64,000 nucleotides of DNA from a virus. The stretch lies in IMG/VR virus record IMGVR_UViG_3300044712_000833, positions 1 to 64,000 of that record; one strand, 5' to 3'. A program made the position numbers and the translations under genes. Position 1 is the stretch's first letter, and every line of letters begins with the position of its first letter. The notes under the pieces were generated by a model. The model was not told the origin of the DNA, searched no databases, and saw nothing but the letters and a program-made list of their open reading frames with translations. Below are positions 28,250 through 37,946 of this stretch, piece by piece.

Positions 28250-29230
28250 ATGTCAAAAAAATTGGATTTAAAAGATAAGGTTTTCGGAAGACTAAGGGTA
28301 ATTACTGAGGGTGAAAATTATGTTTCTCCAGATGGGGTTTCTTGTAGTACTTGGATTTGCTTATGTGAATGTGGAAACACTGTTGTTGCAAGAACCTCTA
28401 ATCTTAGAAACGGAAGGTCTCTTTCCTGTGGTTGTTTGAAAATAGAAAAAATAAGACAGTTAAAAATAATAGATTTGTCTGGTAAAATTTTCGGAAAACT
28501 TAAAGTTGATAATTTGTATGAAAACAGAGACGGAAAGATTTATTGGTCTTGTTTTTGTGAGTGTGGGGAAAAAACAGTCGTTCTTGGTAGTAATTTAACT
28601 TCTGGAAAAACTAAATCTTGTGGATGTGGGGAATTAGAACATAAAATGTCTTTTGGAAGAATAAATTTTGAAGACCTTTCTGGTCGTGTTTTTGGAAAAC
28701 TACATGTTGAAAAAATATATAGAAGTTTTAATGAAGAGATTGAGTGGGAGTGCGTTTGTGAATGTGGAAACACTACATATGTAACAACAAATAGGTTGAA
28801 GTCGGGAGCAACTAAATCTTGTGGGTGTTTGAGAGAATCTTTCATAGCATCGGAATTAAAAAAATACTTTTTTGAAAACTATAATGCTGAAAAAGAAAAG
28901 AAATTATTCAAAAATCCAGATACAAATCAATGGTTCAAGTGCGATGTTTATATTCCCTATGGAGAGAATCCTGATGTAAATGGGTTTTACATAGAAATCA
29001 ATGGTGAACAGCATTATCAAATATCTGGATGGACTAAGAAAAAATCCTACAACAAAAACACAACTCCCGAAGAAGAATTTGAATATCAGAAGTACAAAGA
29101 TAAAATTAAGAAAAAATATTGCAATAAAAATGGTTATTACGTCGAAGTAAATCTACTAAAAATAAAAACGGTAGATGAGGCTATCAACTATGTTGAAAAA
29201 CAAATAGAAAAAATAATAGGAGAAAAGTAA
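28250..29230 (+). CDS. free-standing endonuclease (3x WxCxCxCG..SCGC repeats plus Vsr-like domain)
   Basis: three FGxLxV...WxCxCECG...SCGC repeats; C-terminus similar to 23354 ORF. Confidence 0.8.
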   Translation: MSKKLDLKDKVFGRLRVITEGENYVSPDGVSCSTWICLCECGNTVVARTSNLRNGRSLSCGCLKIEKIRQLKIIDLSGKIFGKLKVDNLYENRDGKIYWSCFCECGEKTVVLGSNLTSGKTKSCGCGELEHKMSFGRINFEDLSGRVFGKLHVEKIYRSFNEEIEWECVCECGNTTYVTTNRLKSGATKSCGCLRESFIASELKKYFFENYNAEKEKKLFKNPDTNQWFKCDVYIPYGENPDVNGFYIEINGEQHYQISGWTKKKSYNKNTTPEEEFEYQKYKDKIKKKYCNKNGYYVEVNLLKIKTVDEAINYVEKQIEKIIGEK

Positions 29231-29232
29231 AA

Positions 29233-29799
29233 GTGCCAAGAAAGTCACAAACGAGGGCAACTGTTGTTATGGAAGCCCCAATCGAAGAAGATTTTGTTAA
29301 CAATAAAATTTCACTCGATGAATTGATAAAGGTTGTATCCTTGATTGATTATCCACTAAACCTGCTACCGCAAGGTCAAAATGCTGGAGGCAGAGCCAAA
29401 TACCGTTTTGAGAAATTTGGTGAAGCCAAACAAGTCATCTATCAAGATATTCTTCAAATCATTGAACAATATCGTTCCTTTATGGAAACGGGTAAATTCA
29501 TGATTTTAGACCCAAGAGTAATTGCTAGACACGGTTTACATGAAATTCAATCAAAAGTTCTACCGAAAGAAGCCCTTGAAAAAATTCTAGATGGTTCAAA
29601 AGAAGCCGTAGAAATTTTCAAATCTTCAGGTGAGGAACAACAAAAAACAATTATTGGTATGCTTACACGGAGACTGGCGGCTGATCCAAAATCAGTAGAC
29701 TTGAATGTTGTGGATGAAATCTCACGATACGCAAAGGTAAACATTCAGCAAAACGCTGAAGAATCAAGAGAATTATTTACCAAAAAAGAGACGGAATAA
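29233..29799 (+). CDS. conserved post-capsid hypothetical protein
   Basis: SPbeta-like synteny. Confidence 0.65.
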   Translation: MPRKSQTRATVVMEAPIEEDFVNNKISLDELIKVVSLIDYPLNLLPQGQNAGGRAKYRFEKFGEAKQVIYQDILQIIEQYRSFMETGKFMILDPRVIARHGLHEIQSKVLPKEALEKILDGSKEAVEIFKSSGEEQQKTIIGMLTRRLAADPKSVDLNVVDEISRYAKVNIQQNAEESRELFTKKETE

Positions 29800-29812
29800 C
29801 CGTCTCTTTTTG
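29782..29812 (+). terminator. intrinsic terminator
   Basis: AAAAAGAGACGG/CCGTCTCTTTTT. Confidence 0.8.
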
Positions 29813-29837
29813 TTTAAGAAAGGAGGGATAATAAGCA

Positions 29838-30290
29838 TTGACAACTCCATTCTCTACAATTTACGATCAATTCATGATGTTTGTTACAGATTATAGACTA
29901 AATGAATTATACAATACAAGTGTTCCGGATTTTGAAACTTATTTGTCTGGATTTTTAATTCCTGCAATAACAGATTTCAAAGGTTGTAATCAATCTCTAG
30001 TTTATAGTACCTCGACATTTTCAGAAACATTAACAGAAGAAAATATAAAAATTTTAGCTATGTTAATGAAAAAATATTGGTTAACTAAAGAAATTGATGA
30101 TATAACCCAAATGAATCTTCATGTTACAGATAGAGATTTTAGAGTTTACTCTGAAAGTCAAAACATGAGAGAGAAGCAGAATAGGTTAACGTTAGAGCTA
30201 GAACAATTATCCCAACTTCTAGTTGATTATGGACTTGACAATACCGATTGGTCTGCTTGGTTAAACGGTAATTTTTATGTTCCATCATAA
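29838..30290 (+). CDS. putative head-tail adaptor
   Basis: TPFSTIY..F...VTD N-terminus; position. Confidence 0.55.
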   Translation: MTTPFSTIYDQFMMFVTDYRLNELYNTSVPDFETYLSGFLIPAITDFKGCNQSLVYSTSTFSETLTEENIKILAMLMKKYWLTKEIDDITQMNLHVTDRDFRVYSESQNMREKQNRLTLELEQLSQLLVDYGLDNTDWSAWLNGNFYVPS

Positions 30291-30301
30291 GGGAGGTAAA
30301 A

Positions 30302-31588
30302 ATGTCATATCCCTTTATGGCGGCAGGTAGTGTTTTAAATAATCAAAACCCAAAAGAAACTTATACAAAACTTTTACAACAAACATTAAATAAAGAATTT
30401 TACAACTCAACAGATTGGTATACTGTTGAAGAAGAAACCGTTCTTAGATCAGAAACTTATCAAAATGTAGATGTAAGAATAAATAATGTAGTAGCACCAA
30501 CAACAGGCGATAATGTAGAAGATGACTATAAAAAAATTTTATTTAAAGAATTAAATCACTCTGTTGATTTAGGACGGCTGTATAGATTCGATAGTAATTT
30601 TTGGTTAACAATAAATGTTGACAAAATAAAAACGTTATTTCAAACAGTCGTTGTAAAAAGATGTAACAATGTTCTTAGATGGTTAGACGAAGAAACAGGG
30701 GCTTTATATGAAGTGCCTTGTTCGATTGGTTATTTGATTAAAGAAAACAGAGACTACGCTACAGCAGGTTCAGCAGTTGTTGTACCTTCAGGTATGGTGG
30801 ACTGCTATTTTCAAATAAACTCTAAAACAAATAAAATAAAACCTAATCAAAGATTTTTGTTCGGTAATCCTTCAAATTGGACTGCTTATAGAGTTGAGGG
30901 TGGTGGTATTAATAACTTTAATAATCAAGAAACATTTGATAATAATAGCGCGGCTCTTGGTCGATTCAGTCTTGCGGTTGACTTTGTAAATAAACAAACT
31001 GACGATTTAGTTAATGGAATAGCAAATGCTTATGATAACCAATACGTTGTTACATTAGATCAATCTTCAATATCTGGAAATGCTACTCAAACAATTCAGT
31101 TGAGAGCTAGTGTTACCTTGAATGGAGAAAGTGTAGTTAGAACACTAATTTGGAGTTCAAATAATACATCCATTGCAACAGTAAATTCTTCTGGTTTAGT
31201 GACGCTTGTTTCTGCTGGAAGTTGTATAATCACATGCTCTTTATCTAACAACTCTTCTGTCTATGATACCACATCTGTAACAGTAGGAGTGTCTCCTGTC
31301 GATAATTATCAGGTAGTTGTATCTCCAGATAAAAATTATATTCTTGAGGGACAGGAACAAACATGGCTTATTTATTTATATAAAAATAATGTACAACAAG
31401 CAGATACATTCAGTTTTTCTCTTGACTCAAATACCGTTCCATCTTCTAATTATATTTATACAGTTTTAGGAGACAATTCTTTTAAAATAAAAAATATAAA
31501 GATGTTCCTAACTGATAATTTAGAAATAACAGCTACTTCAGGACTATATTCAAAAACAATAATAGTTTCATTGAATGGCGCATGGTAG
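30302..31588 (+). CDS. putative head closure protein with Ig-like (BIG2) domain
   Basis: WSSNNTSIATVNSSGLVT. Confidence 0.65.
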   Translation: MSYPFMAAGSVLNNQNPKETYTKLLQQTLNKEFYNSTDWYTVEEETVLRSETYQNVDVRINNVVAPTTGDNVEDDYKKILFKELNHSVDLGRLYRFDSNFWLTINVDKIKTLFQTVVVKRCNNVLRWLDEETGALYEVPCSIGYLIKENRDYATAGSAVVVPSGMVDCYFQINSKTNKIKPNQRFLFGNPSNWTAYRVEGGGINNFNNQETFDNNSAALGRFSLAVDFVNKQTDDLVNGIANAYDNQYVVTLDQSSISGNATQTIQLRASVTLNGESVVRTLIWSSNNTSIATVNSSGLVTLVSAGSCIITCSLSNNSSVYDTTSVTVGVSPVDNYQVVVSPDKNYILEGQEQTWLIYLYKNNVQQADTFSFSLDSNTVPSSNYIYTVLGDNSFKIKNIKMFLTDNLEITATSGLYSKTIIVSLNGAW

Positions 31589-31595
31589 GAGGGAT

Positions 31596-32174
31596 ATGGG
31601 TAGTGAAAATATAAATAGTGGCTCATATGCTCAATATGATGATTATGATATTTTACCATACACGCTTGTAAAATATTTAATGAATAATAATGAAATGATA
31701 TGGAAGCTTTTAAAATATAATGGAAATGATGCTTGGAAACAACCGAATTTGACACTTACTGAAAAAGGCTTGTTGGTTTATAATGGAACATCCGATAACA
31801 CAGTTGATTACCGTGTCTTTCTTGATCGTGGTCAGCCTGATGTTCAAACATTCGAAACTTGTCAGATAAGAATAGCTAATTATTCTGTGTTTCCAGATAA
31901 CAGAACTGTTGGTACTGTTTCTATGATATTTGAAGTGTATACTCATTATAAATCAAATCATCTTAGTAATTATAGAACAAGAAACGATATGATAATGAAA
32001 CATCTTCGTCAAACATTTAATGGAAAAATTATTCCTAGAGAAACTGATGGGGGAAGTGGAACTATTGGGAAGTTATTCTTTGATAGGTTGGCAAGCGAGT
32101 CGAACAGACAAGAGTTGGGCGGACAACTTCCTTTCTTGGGGTCATGGATGATTATGTCGTTTAAATCTAACTAA
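31596..32174 (+). CDS. putative tail terminator/completion protein
   Basis: position; SD AGGAGG. Confidence 0.5.
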   Translation: MGSENINSGSYAQYDDYDILPYTLVKYLMNNNEMIWKLLKYNGNDAWKQPNLTLTEKGLLVYNGTSDNTVDYRVFLDRGQPDVQTFETCQIRIANYSVFPDNRTVGTVSMIFEVYTHYKSNHLSNYRTRNDMIMKHLRQTFNGKIIPRETDGGSGTIGKLFFDRLASESNRQELGGQLPFLGSWMIMSFKSN

Positions 32175-32184
32175 AGGAGATAAG

Positions 32185-32967
32185 ATGTCATCCTTTAGAG
32201 AAATTTATTATACATTCGATCAGCCTGTTCCTTATAAATCTTTATTAATATATCCTATAAAAATACAGGATTACTATGAGTTCTTGTTTTTTATTCCTTG
32301 TTTAATGCTTGAAAAAAACAGTATCAAAGACCCCAATCTTGCAATCAAAGCCATTTCAATGAGCTATCTTGCTTATATGTATGAAATTTCAACTAAAGAA
32401 AATAATTACACTCAATTATTTGACGGCTTATTGCGATTGGTATTAAAAACAAAAGATAAAGAAAAAAATATAAAGTATGGCTACGAAAAAGATAACATTC
32501 CATATTTTATGATAGATAATAAAAAATATTATTCCGAAGATTTTGATGAAATAAGAAAAATAATCTCTGAACAAAATCTTATAGACCTTCCTGACGAAAA
32601 AATACAAAAAAATGTTCGTGATGCTTTGGAAGAAGCTAGAAGGTTCAAACAAAAATTAAATAATAATAAAATGGCTTCTTTCGAAGAGCAAATGATGGCG
32701 TTGGCAACCTACACTGGTTGGAGTCTTGAAGAAATATACAACATGACTTACAGAAAATTTATTCTTGCAATTAGACGAGCTAACCAAATAATTATGTCCA
32801 ATATTTATTTGACAGCTAGTATGTCTGGATTTGTTTCATTTAAAGACAAGAGCATTTTAAAATCTTGGATTTCAGATGTAAACGAAGATGACAAATACGC
32901 TGATGTAAAAATGAGTCCTGAACAACTGCAATCAAAAGCAAATTTTGAAGAAGCTAAAACAAAATAA
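32185..32967 (+). CDS. putative tail assembly chaperone
   Basis: EEIYNMTYRKF motif; position. Confidence 0.5.
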   Translation: MSSFREIYYTFDQPVPYKSLLIYPIKIQDYYEFLFFIPCLMLEKNSIKDPNLAIKAISMSYLAYMYEISTKENNYTQLFDGLLRLVLKTKDKEKNIKYGYEKDNIPYFMIDNKKYYSEDFDEIRKIISEQNLIDLPDEKIQKNVRDALEEARRFKQKLNNNKMASFEEQMMALATYTGWSLEEIYNMTYRKFILAIRRANQIIMSNIYLTASMSGFVSFKDKSILKSWISDVNEDDKYADVKMSPEQLQSKANFEEAKTK

Positions 32968-32987
32968 TTTAGGAGGAAAGATTAAAT

Positions 32988-34040
32988 ATGGCAACTAAAA
33001 AGTTTTTGACTTCGGTCGCCGATGTGTATGGATATGATGACAATAATCAACTTATCTTTACAGGCAAAACTCTGTTAGATTCTTCAATCGAAGTGACATT
33101 AGGAAACACAGAAGTTCGCGGAGGAAGAGGGTCACAACTCCAATATATTTACTATCATAGCAATGCTATGAATATAACCCTTAATGATTGTCAGTGGAAC
33201 CTAGCTATGTTGGCGGCTACTACTGGTCAATCCATTGCAGTTGGTTCTGATGTTTATACCGAAGAAACAATTACGCTTGGAGCAAGTGGTTCTGGAACAG
33301 TTACGGGAACTCCCTTGGCGGTTACAGGAACTACTATTTATGGATGGGTTACTCAATTGAGTGGATTAACTGAAAGAGTTACTTTCTCTGGATCAACCTT
33401 TGCTTCTTCTTCCGGTGCTTCTGGAGATGTTGTTTGTGTTCGTTATTATGCCGCTGATGCTAACGCTAGAAGCATTACAATTCCAGCCAATGTAATTCCA
33501 AAAGTTGTTCGGTTGGTTATGGAGGCTCAATTAAATTCAAGCGATGTTTCCAGCAACCAAATTGGTAAAGTTCAATTTATTGTTTATAAGGCAACTTTGA
33601 GTGGTAGCTTTACCATATCAATGACAAGCGATGGGGTAGCACAGACTCCTCTTACCGCTATGGCTCTTGCCTATCAAGATACCGAAACAGCCGCCTGTAC
33701 GAATGCGCCTGTATATGCAAAGATAATTGAAATTATAGACAATATTAATTGGTATGATGATTTGATTGCCGTTGCTGTTGAAGGTGGCAACTTTTCTTTA
33801 GCTACAACTTTAGGAACAAAAACTCTTGTTGTCTATGGTATTACTTCAAATCCGTCAGAGGCTCCATTTATTATTGATAATGCGGATTTGTCGTTTACTT
33901 CGGGTACTACTGGAGTCGCAACTGCGGGCTTGCACACGGGACTCATCACGGGTGTCAGCGCAGGAACATCTCTTATTACAGTTGTTGTTGATGATAAGAA
34001 TACAATCGAAGCGCAAGTAACCGTTACGGTTCCTAGTTAG
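32988..34040 (+). CDS. major tail tube protein with C-terminal Ig-like domain
   Basis: EVRGGRG motif; Ig-like FTSG...ATA...GLITGVSAG. Confidence 0.75.
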   Translation: MATKKFLTSVADVYGYDDNNQLIFTGKTLLDSSIEVTLGNTEVRGGRGSQLQYIYYHSNAMNITLNDCQWNLAMLAATTGQSIAVGSDVYTEETITLGASGSGTVTGTPLAVTGTTIYGWVTQLSGLTERVTFSGSTFASSSGASGDVVCVRYYAADANARSITIPANVIPKVVRLVMEAQLNSSDVSSNQIGKVQFIVYKATLSGSFTISMTSDGVAQTPLTAMALAYQDTETAACTNAPVYAKIIEIIDNINWYDDLIAVAVEGGNFSLATTLGTKTLVVYGITSNPSEAPFIIDNADLSFTSGTTGVATAGLHTGLITGVSAGTSLITVVVDDKNTIEAQVTVTVPS

Positions 34041-34047
34041 TTATGTG

Positions 34048-34076
34048 TTGACAAATTACTAAAACTGTGATATAAT
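34048..34076 (+). promoter_or_regulatory. promoter of nuclease cassette
   Basis: TTGACA-N17-TATAAT with TG (perfect consensus). Confidence 0.9.
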
Positions 34077-34095
34077 AAATAACCAATTTATTTGG

Positions 34096-34186
34096 TATAT
34101 GCGGGATAGAATAATGTCATGAACTATTTGATAAGTGAGACTCTACACTTCCCGCATATAAAAAATTTTAGAGTTCTAGAGGAAGA
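34096..34186 (+). ncRNA. three-helix leader RNA, copy D
   Basis: P1 TATATGCGGGA/TCCCGCATATA, TGATAAG, loop GACTCTA vs TAGAGT and TAGAGG (SD). Confidence 0.75.
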
Positions 34187-35098
34187 ATGTTAGAAAAAAT
34201 AAAAGAGTTTGGTTTTAATTTCTTAATGGTTGACCAAGAAAATTCTTCACAGATTCATATAGAAAACAAGGAAGGCTATAGAACAAGAACCACGATAGGT
34301 AAAATATTATCTGGTAAAAATCAATTTAAATCAATAGCTCATCCAAGCAACCCATATAGTTTATATAACATAAATCTTTTTATAAAGAAAAATAAAATGA
34401 ATTTTTATCTTTTAGAGAATAATACATATACTTCAGCAACAGATAAGAATTTAAAATGTTATTGTTATGAATGTCAAGATATATTTCTAGCAAGATGGCA
34501 AAGTATAAGTACATTTCATGGATGTGGTCTATGTAATGGAAAACAAGTGGGAGTTAAAAACTTAAAAACCCAAAGACCAGATTTAATAAAAGAATGGTCA
34601 AACAACAATGCAAATCTCCCCGAATCATACTCCGAATTTTCTCACTCCGAAGTCTTATGGAGGTGTTCAGTTTGTGGAAATGAGTGGGCTGATAAAATAT
34701 CCAATAGAACAAATTTAGATAGAGGGTGTAAAAAGTGTTCTATGAGCAAGGGAGAAAAAAGAATATTTCAATTCATTAAGTCTTTTAATTTAAAATTTTC
34801 AAGCGAATATTCTGAAATTCCTTCTGTTAAAAACGGAAAGTTAAGATTTGACTTTTATTTATCGGATTATAATCTTTTCATAGAATATCATGGTATTCAA
34901 CATTACGAACCTATAGATTTTGCTGGAAAAGGTAAAGAGTGGGCTAAAAATCAATTTAAAGAAAACCAAAGAAGAGATAAAATTAAAGAAAAATATTGTT
35001 ATCACAATGATATAAATTTGTTAATAATTCCTTATTGGGATTACGATAACATTGAAAAAATATTAGAGGAAACTCTTCAAGAATTAGAAAGGAGTTAA
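34187..35098 (+). CDS. free-standing Zn-finger plus DUF559/Vsr-like endonuclease
   Basis: SKGE...LRFDFY...IEYHGIQHY...RD..K..YC....LLIIPYW. Confidence 0.8.
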   Translation: MLEKIKEFGFNFLMVDQENSSQIHIENKEGYRTRTTIGKILSGKNQFKSIAHPSNPYSLYNINLFIKKNKMNFYLLENNTYTSATDKNLKCYCYECQDIFLARWQSISTFHGCGLCNGKQVGVKNLKTQRPDLIKEWSNNNANLPESYSEFSHSEVLWRCSVCGNEWADKISNRTNLDRGCKKCSMSKGEKRIFQFIKSFNLKFSSEYSEIPSVKNGKLRFDFYLSDYNLFIEYHGIQHYEPIDFAGKGKEWAKNQFKENQRRDKIKEKYCYHNDINLLIIPYWDYDNIEKILEETLQELERS

Positions 35099-35099
35099 A

Positions 35100-35324
35100 A
35101 TGGGACTCTTTGGTGATATGGGGAAACCTGAAGAAAAATCAGAACTCCCCAAAGAAGAAAAAAAGCAAAAATTTGAACAGCATAAAAAACAAACAAAAGG
35201 TAAGGTTGCGTCTATTATAAAGGGGAAAAGGGTTATTGTAGATGTTGACGGAAATGGTGTGGACGTAAAATATAACGAAAGGGATCATGGTCATTTGAAA
35301 GTTGGTGATCCAATCGTTTTCTAG
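35100..35324 (+). CDS. hypothetical protein
   Basis: SD AAGGAG. Confidence 0.65.
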   Translation: MGLFGDMGKPEEKSELPKEEKKQKFEQHKKQTKGKVASIIKGKRVIVDVDGNGVDVKYNERDHGHLKVGDPIVF

Positions 35325-35339
35325 AGAGGGAAAAAGTAT

Positions 35340-35630
35340 ATGGGAGATGAATTTATAACCTACTCTCCCTTTCTATTTGTGTTTATGAGCGCATATATTT
35401 TATTAGAATTGCGGAGAATTAATAGATTTTTAAATAAGTGGGAAATAAGTAGTTTATCGGTAATACCGCTTCTATTCATGATATTATATCTTTGGATAGG
35501 AATTTTTAATCCTGAAATATCTTTATCTAGATATTGGCTACGTTGTACAATTGCCACATCTCTTGGAATTGGTTGTTATCTTTCGTATTCATATAGTAAA
35601 CTATTACGAAGAGGGGGTAAACGTGTCTAA
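35340..35630 (+). CDS. small membrane protein (3 TM)
   Basis: three hydrophobic stretches. Confidence 0.6.
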   Translation: MGDEFITYSPFLFVFMSAYILLELRRINRFLNKWEISSLSVIPLLFMILYLWIGIFNPEISLSRYWLRCTIATSLGIGCYLSYSYSKLLRRGGKRV

Positions 35631-36118
35631 TGGCTTGGTATACTCCTATTATAGATAATTTTAAAGAAATCCCAGACGATGTAAAAAAGACACTAACAGG
35701 ATTATTATATGGGTTCATTGGATTTTTATCATCTTTTGCTATTGAATGGTATAAAAAAAGAAGAAATCCCAAAGAAGTTGACACAGAGATTTCTACTAAA
35801 CTAGTTATCTCTGCTAAAGATAACGTTGAAATAGCTCAAAATGTAATTGATCTTTTAGAGGAACGATTAAAATCAGAAAGAGAATATTATGACTCTAAAA
35901 TAAATCAATCTAAAACGGATTGTGAAGAGCAAATCATGAGATTGAAAAACAACTATGATAAAGCCCTTTATGAAGTTCAAAAAAAGAACGAAGATGAGAA
36001 AAAAGAACTTTCTGACAAAATAGATCAACTTCAATTAGATAAGCAAAACTTACAAAAAGAAGTAGCTGAATTGAGAGAAAGACTTAAACAGTACGAAAAC
36101 GATGTAAAACGTGAATAA
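35630..36118 (+). CDS. TM plus coiled-coil protein (possible lysis accessory)
   Basis: N-terminal TM, heptad-rich C-terminus. Confidence 0.6.
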   Translation: MAWYTPIIDNFKEIPDDVKKTLTGLLYGFIGFLSSFAIEWYKKRRNPKEVDTEISTKLVISAKDNVEIAQNVIDLLEERLKSEREYYDSKINQSKTDCEEQIMRLKNNYDKALYEVQKKNEDEKKELSDKIDQLQLDKQNLQKEVAELRERLKQYENDVKRE

Positions 36119-36173
36119 AATCAACATTTTATCTGCGTTTTTTTTGAAAAATATAACTGGAGGAATACATAAA

Positions 36174-36698
36174 ATGCTTGAAAATAAACAAGAAATTGCA
36201 TTTAAAGAACCTGAAATACAAGAAGTTGTTTTTGGAAATATAAAGATTAAGGTAAAACCATATCTTTCTTTGACAGACCAAATGACACTTTTATCGATAT
36301 ATTTAGAAGAATATTTTGGTAAAGAACAAACTAGAATTTTAGAATCTGAATACAAATTAGTTTTTGGAATTCTTGATTTATGCACAAATATAGATGTTGA
36401 AAAGATTTCATTAAATTCACTTCTTGCCAATTACAAGTTTTGGGAAGACATTAAAGCAAAAATCAAAAATTACGGTGAATTCAGAGCTTTACTTGCTAGA
36501 ACAATTGAAGAGGTAAAAGAAAATAAAAGAATTGAAAAATCTTTAGGTAACGTTATTGAGGGTCTTGTTGATAAAATTTCCAATCTTTTGAATACAGATA
36601 TTTCTCCAGAATCAATTGAAAAAGTACAACAACTATTGAAAGACGTTGAAGAGTCTAAAATATTTAGTAAGGCAACTGAAATCTACAAGGATAAATAA
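36174..36698 (+). CDS. hypothetical tail-region protein
   Basis: start moved to ATG after GGAGG. Confidence 0.65.
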   Translation: MLENKQEIAFKEPEIQEVVFGNIKIKVKPYLSLTDQMTLLSIYLEEYFGKEQTRILESEYKLVFGILDLCTNIDVEKISLNSLLANYKFWEDIKAKIKNYGEFRALLARTIEEVKENKRIEKSLGNVIEGLVDKISNLLNTDISPESIEKVQQLLKDVEESKIFSKATEIYKDK

Positions 36699-36707
36699 TA
36701 AAACAAC

Positions 36708-36941
36708 ATGTCTGAATTACATCTAGGTAAGTTAATAAAAACATTGGGGAAAAAGTGTCCTGAATGTATGGACTCCGCTCTTCAAGTTAGACTTAGAAGT
36801 TTTGAAAATAAAGAACAAGAGTACGAATATTGCCCGAATTGCTTTTGGGAACGTAGAATTGGTTACAAAGAAAAGGGTAGAAAGCATGGAGATAAAAAAC
36901 GAGCAAGACCTGAAAAAGATGATGGAAAATCTGGCTGGTGA
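36708..36941 (+). CDS. small Zn-ribbon protein
   Basis: CPEC...CPNC. Confidence 0.6.
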   Translation: MSELHLGKLIKTLGKKCPECMDSALQVRLRSFENKEQEYEYCPNCFWERRIGYKEKGRKHGDKKRARPEKDDGKSGW

Positions 36942-37380
36942 GGCTATAAAAAAAGCTACCATTAGAATTCTTCAAAAATTAAAAGAACAAATTCAAAAAG
37001 ATGTTTATACAGAAAAAAACTCTTGGTACGAAAGAACAGGGGATTTTGAACGTGCTTGGCTTTGGTCTGATGTTGAAAAAAAAGTAAATGCTCTTGTTAC
37101 TGAATTGAGTTATGACCCTAGAAATATGAGGTATATCCCTGAAGATTGGGTTCATGGTAATCCAAGGAGGTCTGCTGTTGATAATTTAGCAGACATACTT
37201 AACTTAGCCTTTAATAATTATAAAGACGGATATACATCTAACTTGATGTTTGGAAAAAAATATTTTTCTCACTTTAGAAGACCCTACTGGGAGAATTTTA
37301 TTAAAAGTATGTTTTCAAATGGAGAATTAGAAAAAATATTATCAGAAGAATTTTCCAAAGTTGGATTTTATAAGATTTAG
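36886..37380 (+). CDS. putative tail completion protein (HK97 gp10-like)
   Basis: VY...YERTG...RPYW. Confidence 0.5.
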   Translation: MEIKNEQDLKKMMENLAGEAIKKATIRILQKLKEQIQKDVYTEKNSWYERTGDFERAWLWSDVEKKVNALVTELSYDPRNMRYIPEDWVHGNPRRSAVDNLADILNLAFNNYKDGYTSNLMFGKKYFSHFRRPYWENFIKSMFSNGELEKILSEEFSKVGFYKI

Positions 37381-37384
37381 CTAT

Positions 37385-37574
37385 ATGAATAAACTATTTA
37401 TAATAAACGTTTGGTATAAGCACTCTCAAGATTCTTTTTTAGCGGATGGAGATAATGTAGAAGAGAGTGTTTTGAAAGTAAAAAATGATAGACCCATATA
37501 GGGATTATATTATTGACGTTATTGAAATCAAGTTTGAAAATGGTATTTATGAGTTACCAAGTTTTGAATTTTAA
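37385..37574 (+). pseudogene. small gene broken by one extra A in an A6 run
   Basis: removing one A at 37480-37485 gives a continuous 62-aa ORF. Confidence 0.4.
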
Positions 37575-37584
37575 GGAGGAATAA

Positions 37585-37890
37585 ATGGATATTACATTAC
37601 AAGGATTTTTGCTTTGGTTGGGTACAGTTGGTGGTAGTGGTACTGTTGTAAGTTTTATTTTAGAACAGATTGATTGGTTTCAATCTCTTTCTGAAAAAGG
37701 TCGAAAATGGGTTTCTTTTGCGGGAATGGCTGTCTTAGGAGTTTTGTCTCATTTGGTTTTAACATATGTTCCACAGGATATACTTTTCGCAATCGCTCCT
37801 TACTTTGTTGTAATTGCGTCAGCTTTTGTTTCGGTATTTAGTGGCGAAATTTTACATAAAATGTTAAAAAAAGAATCTAAGCAAGAATAA
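37585..37890 (+). CDS. holin-like membrane protein
   Basis: 3 hydrophobic segments, charged C-terminus, strong SD. Confidence 0.6.
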   Translation: MDITLQGFLLWLGTVGGSGTVVSFILEQIDWFQSLSEKGRKWVSFAGMAVLGVLSHLVLTYVPQDILFAIAPYFVVIASAFVSVFSGEILHKMLKKESKQE

Positions 37891-37900
37891 AAATTATTTA

Positions 37901-37931
37901 AAGAGAGCCCAATTTCGGGTTCTCTTTTTTT
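37901..37931 (+). terminator. intrinsic terminator
   Basis: AGAGAGCCC/GGGTTCTCT plus T run. Confidence 0.75.
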
Positions 37932-37946
37932 ATTGGAAAGGTTGTT

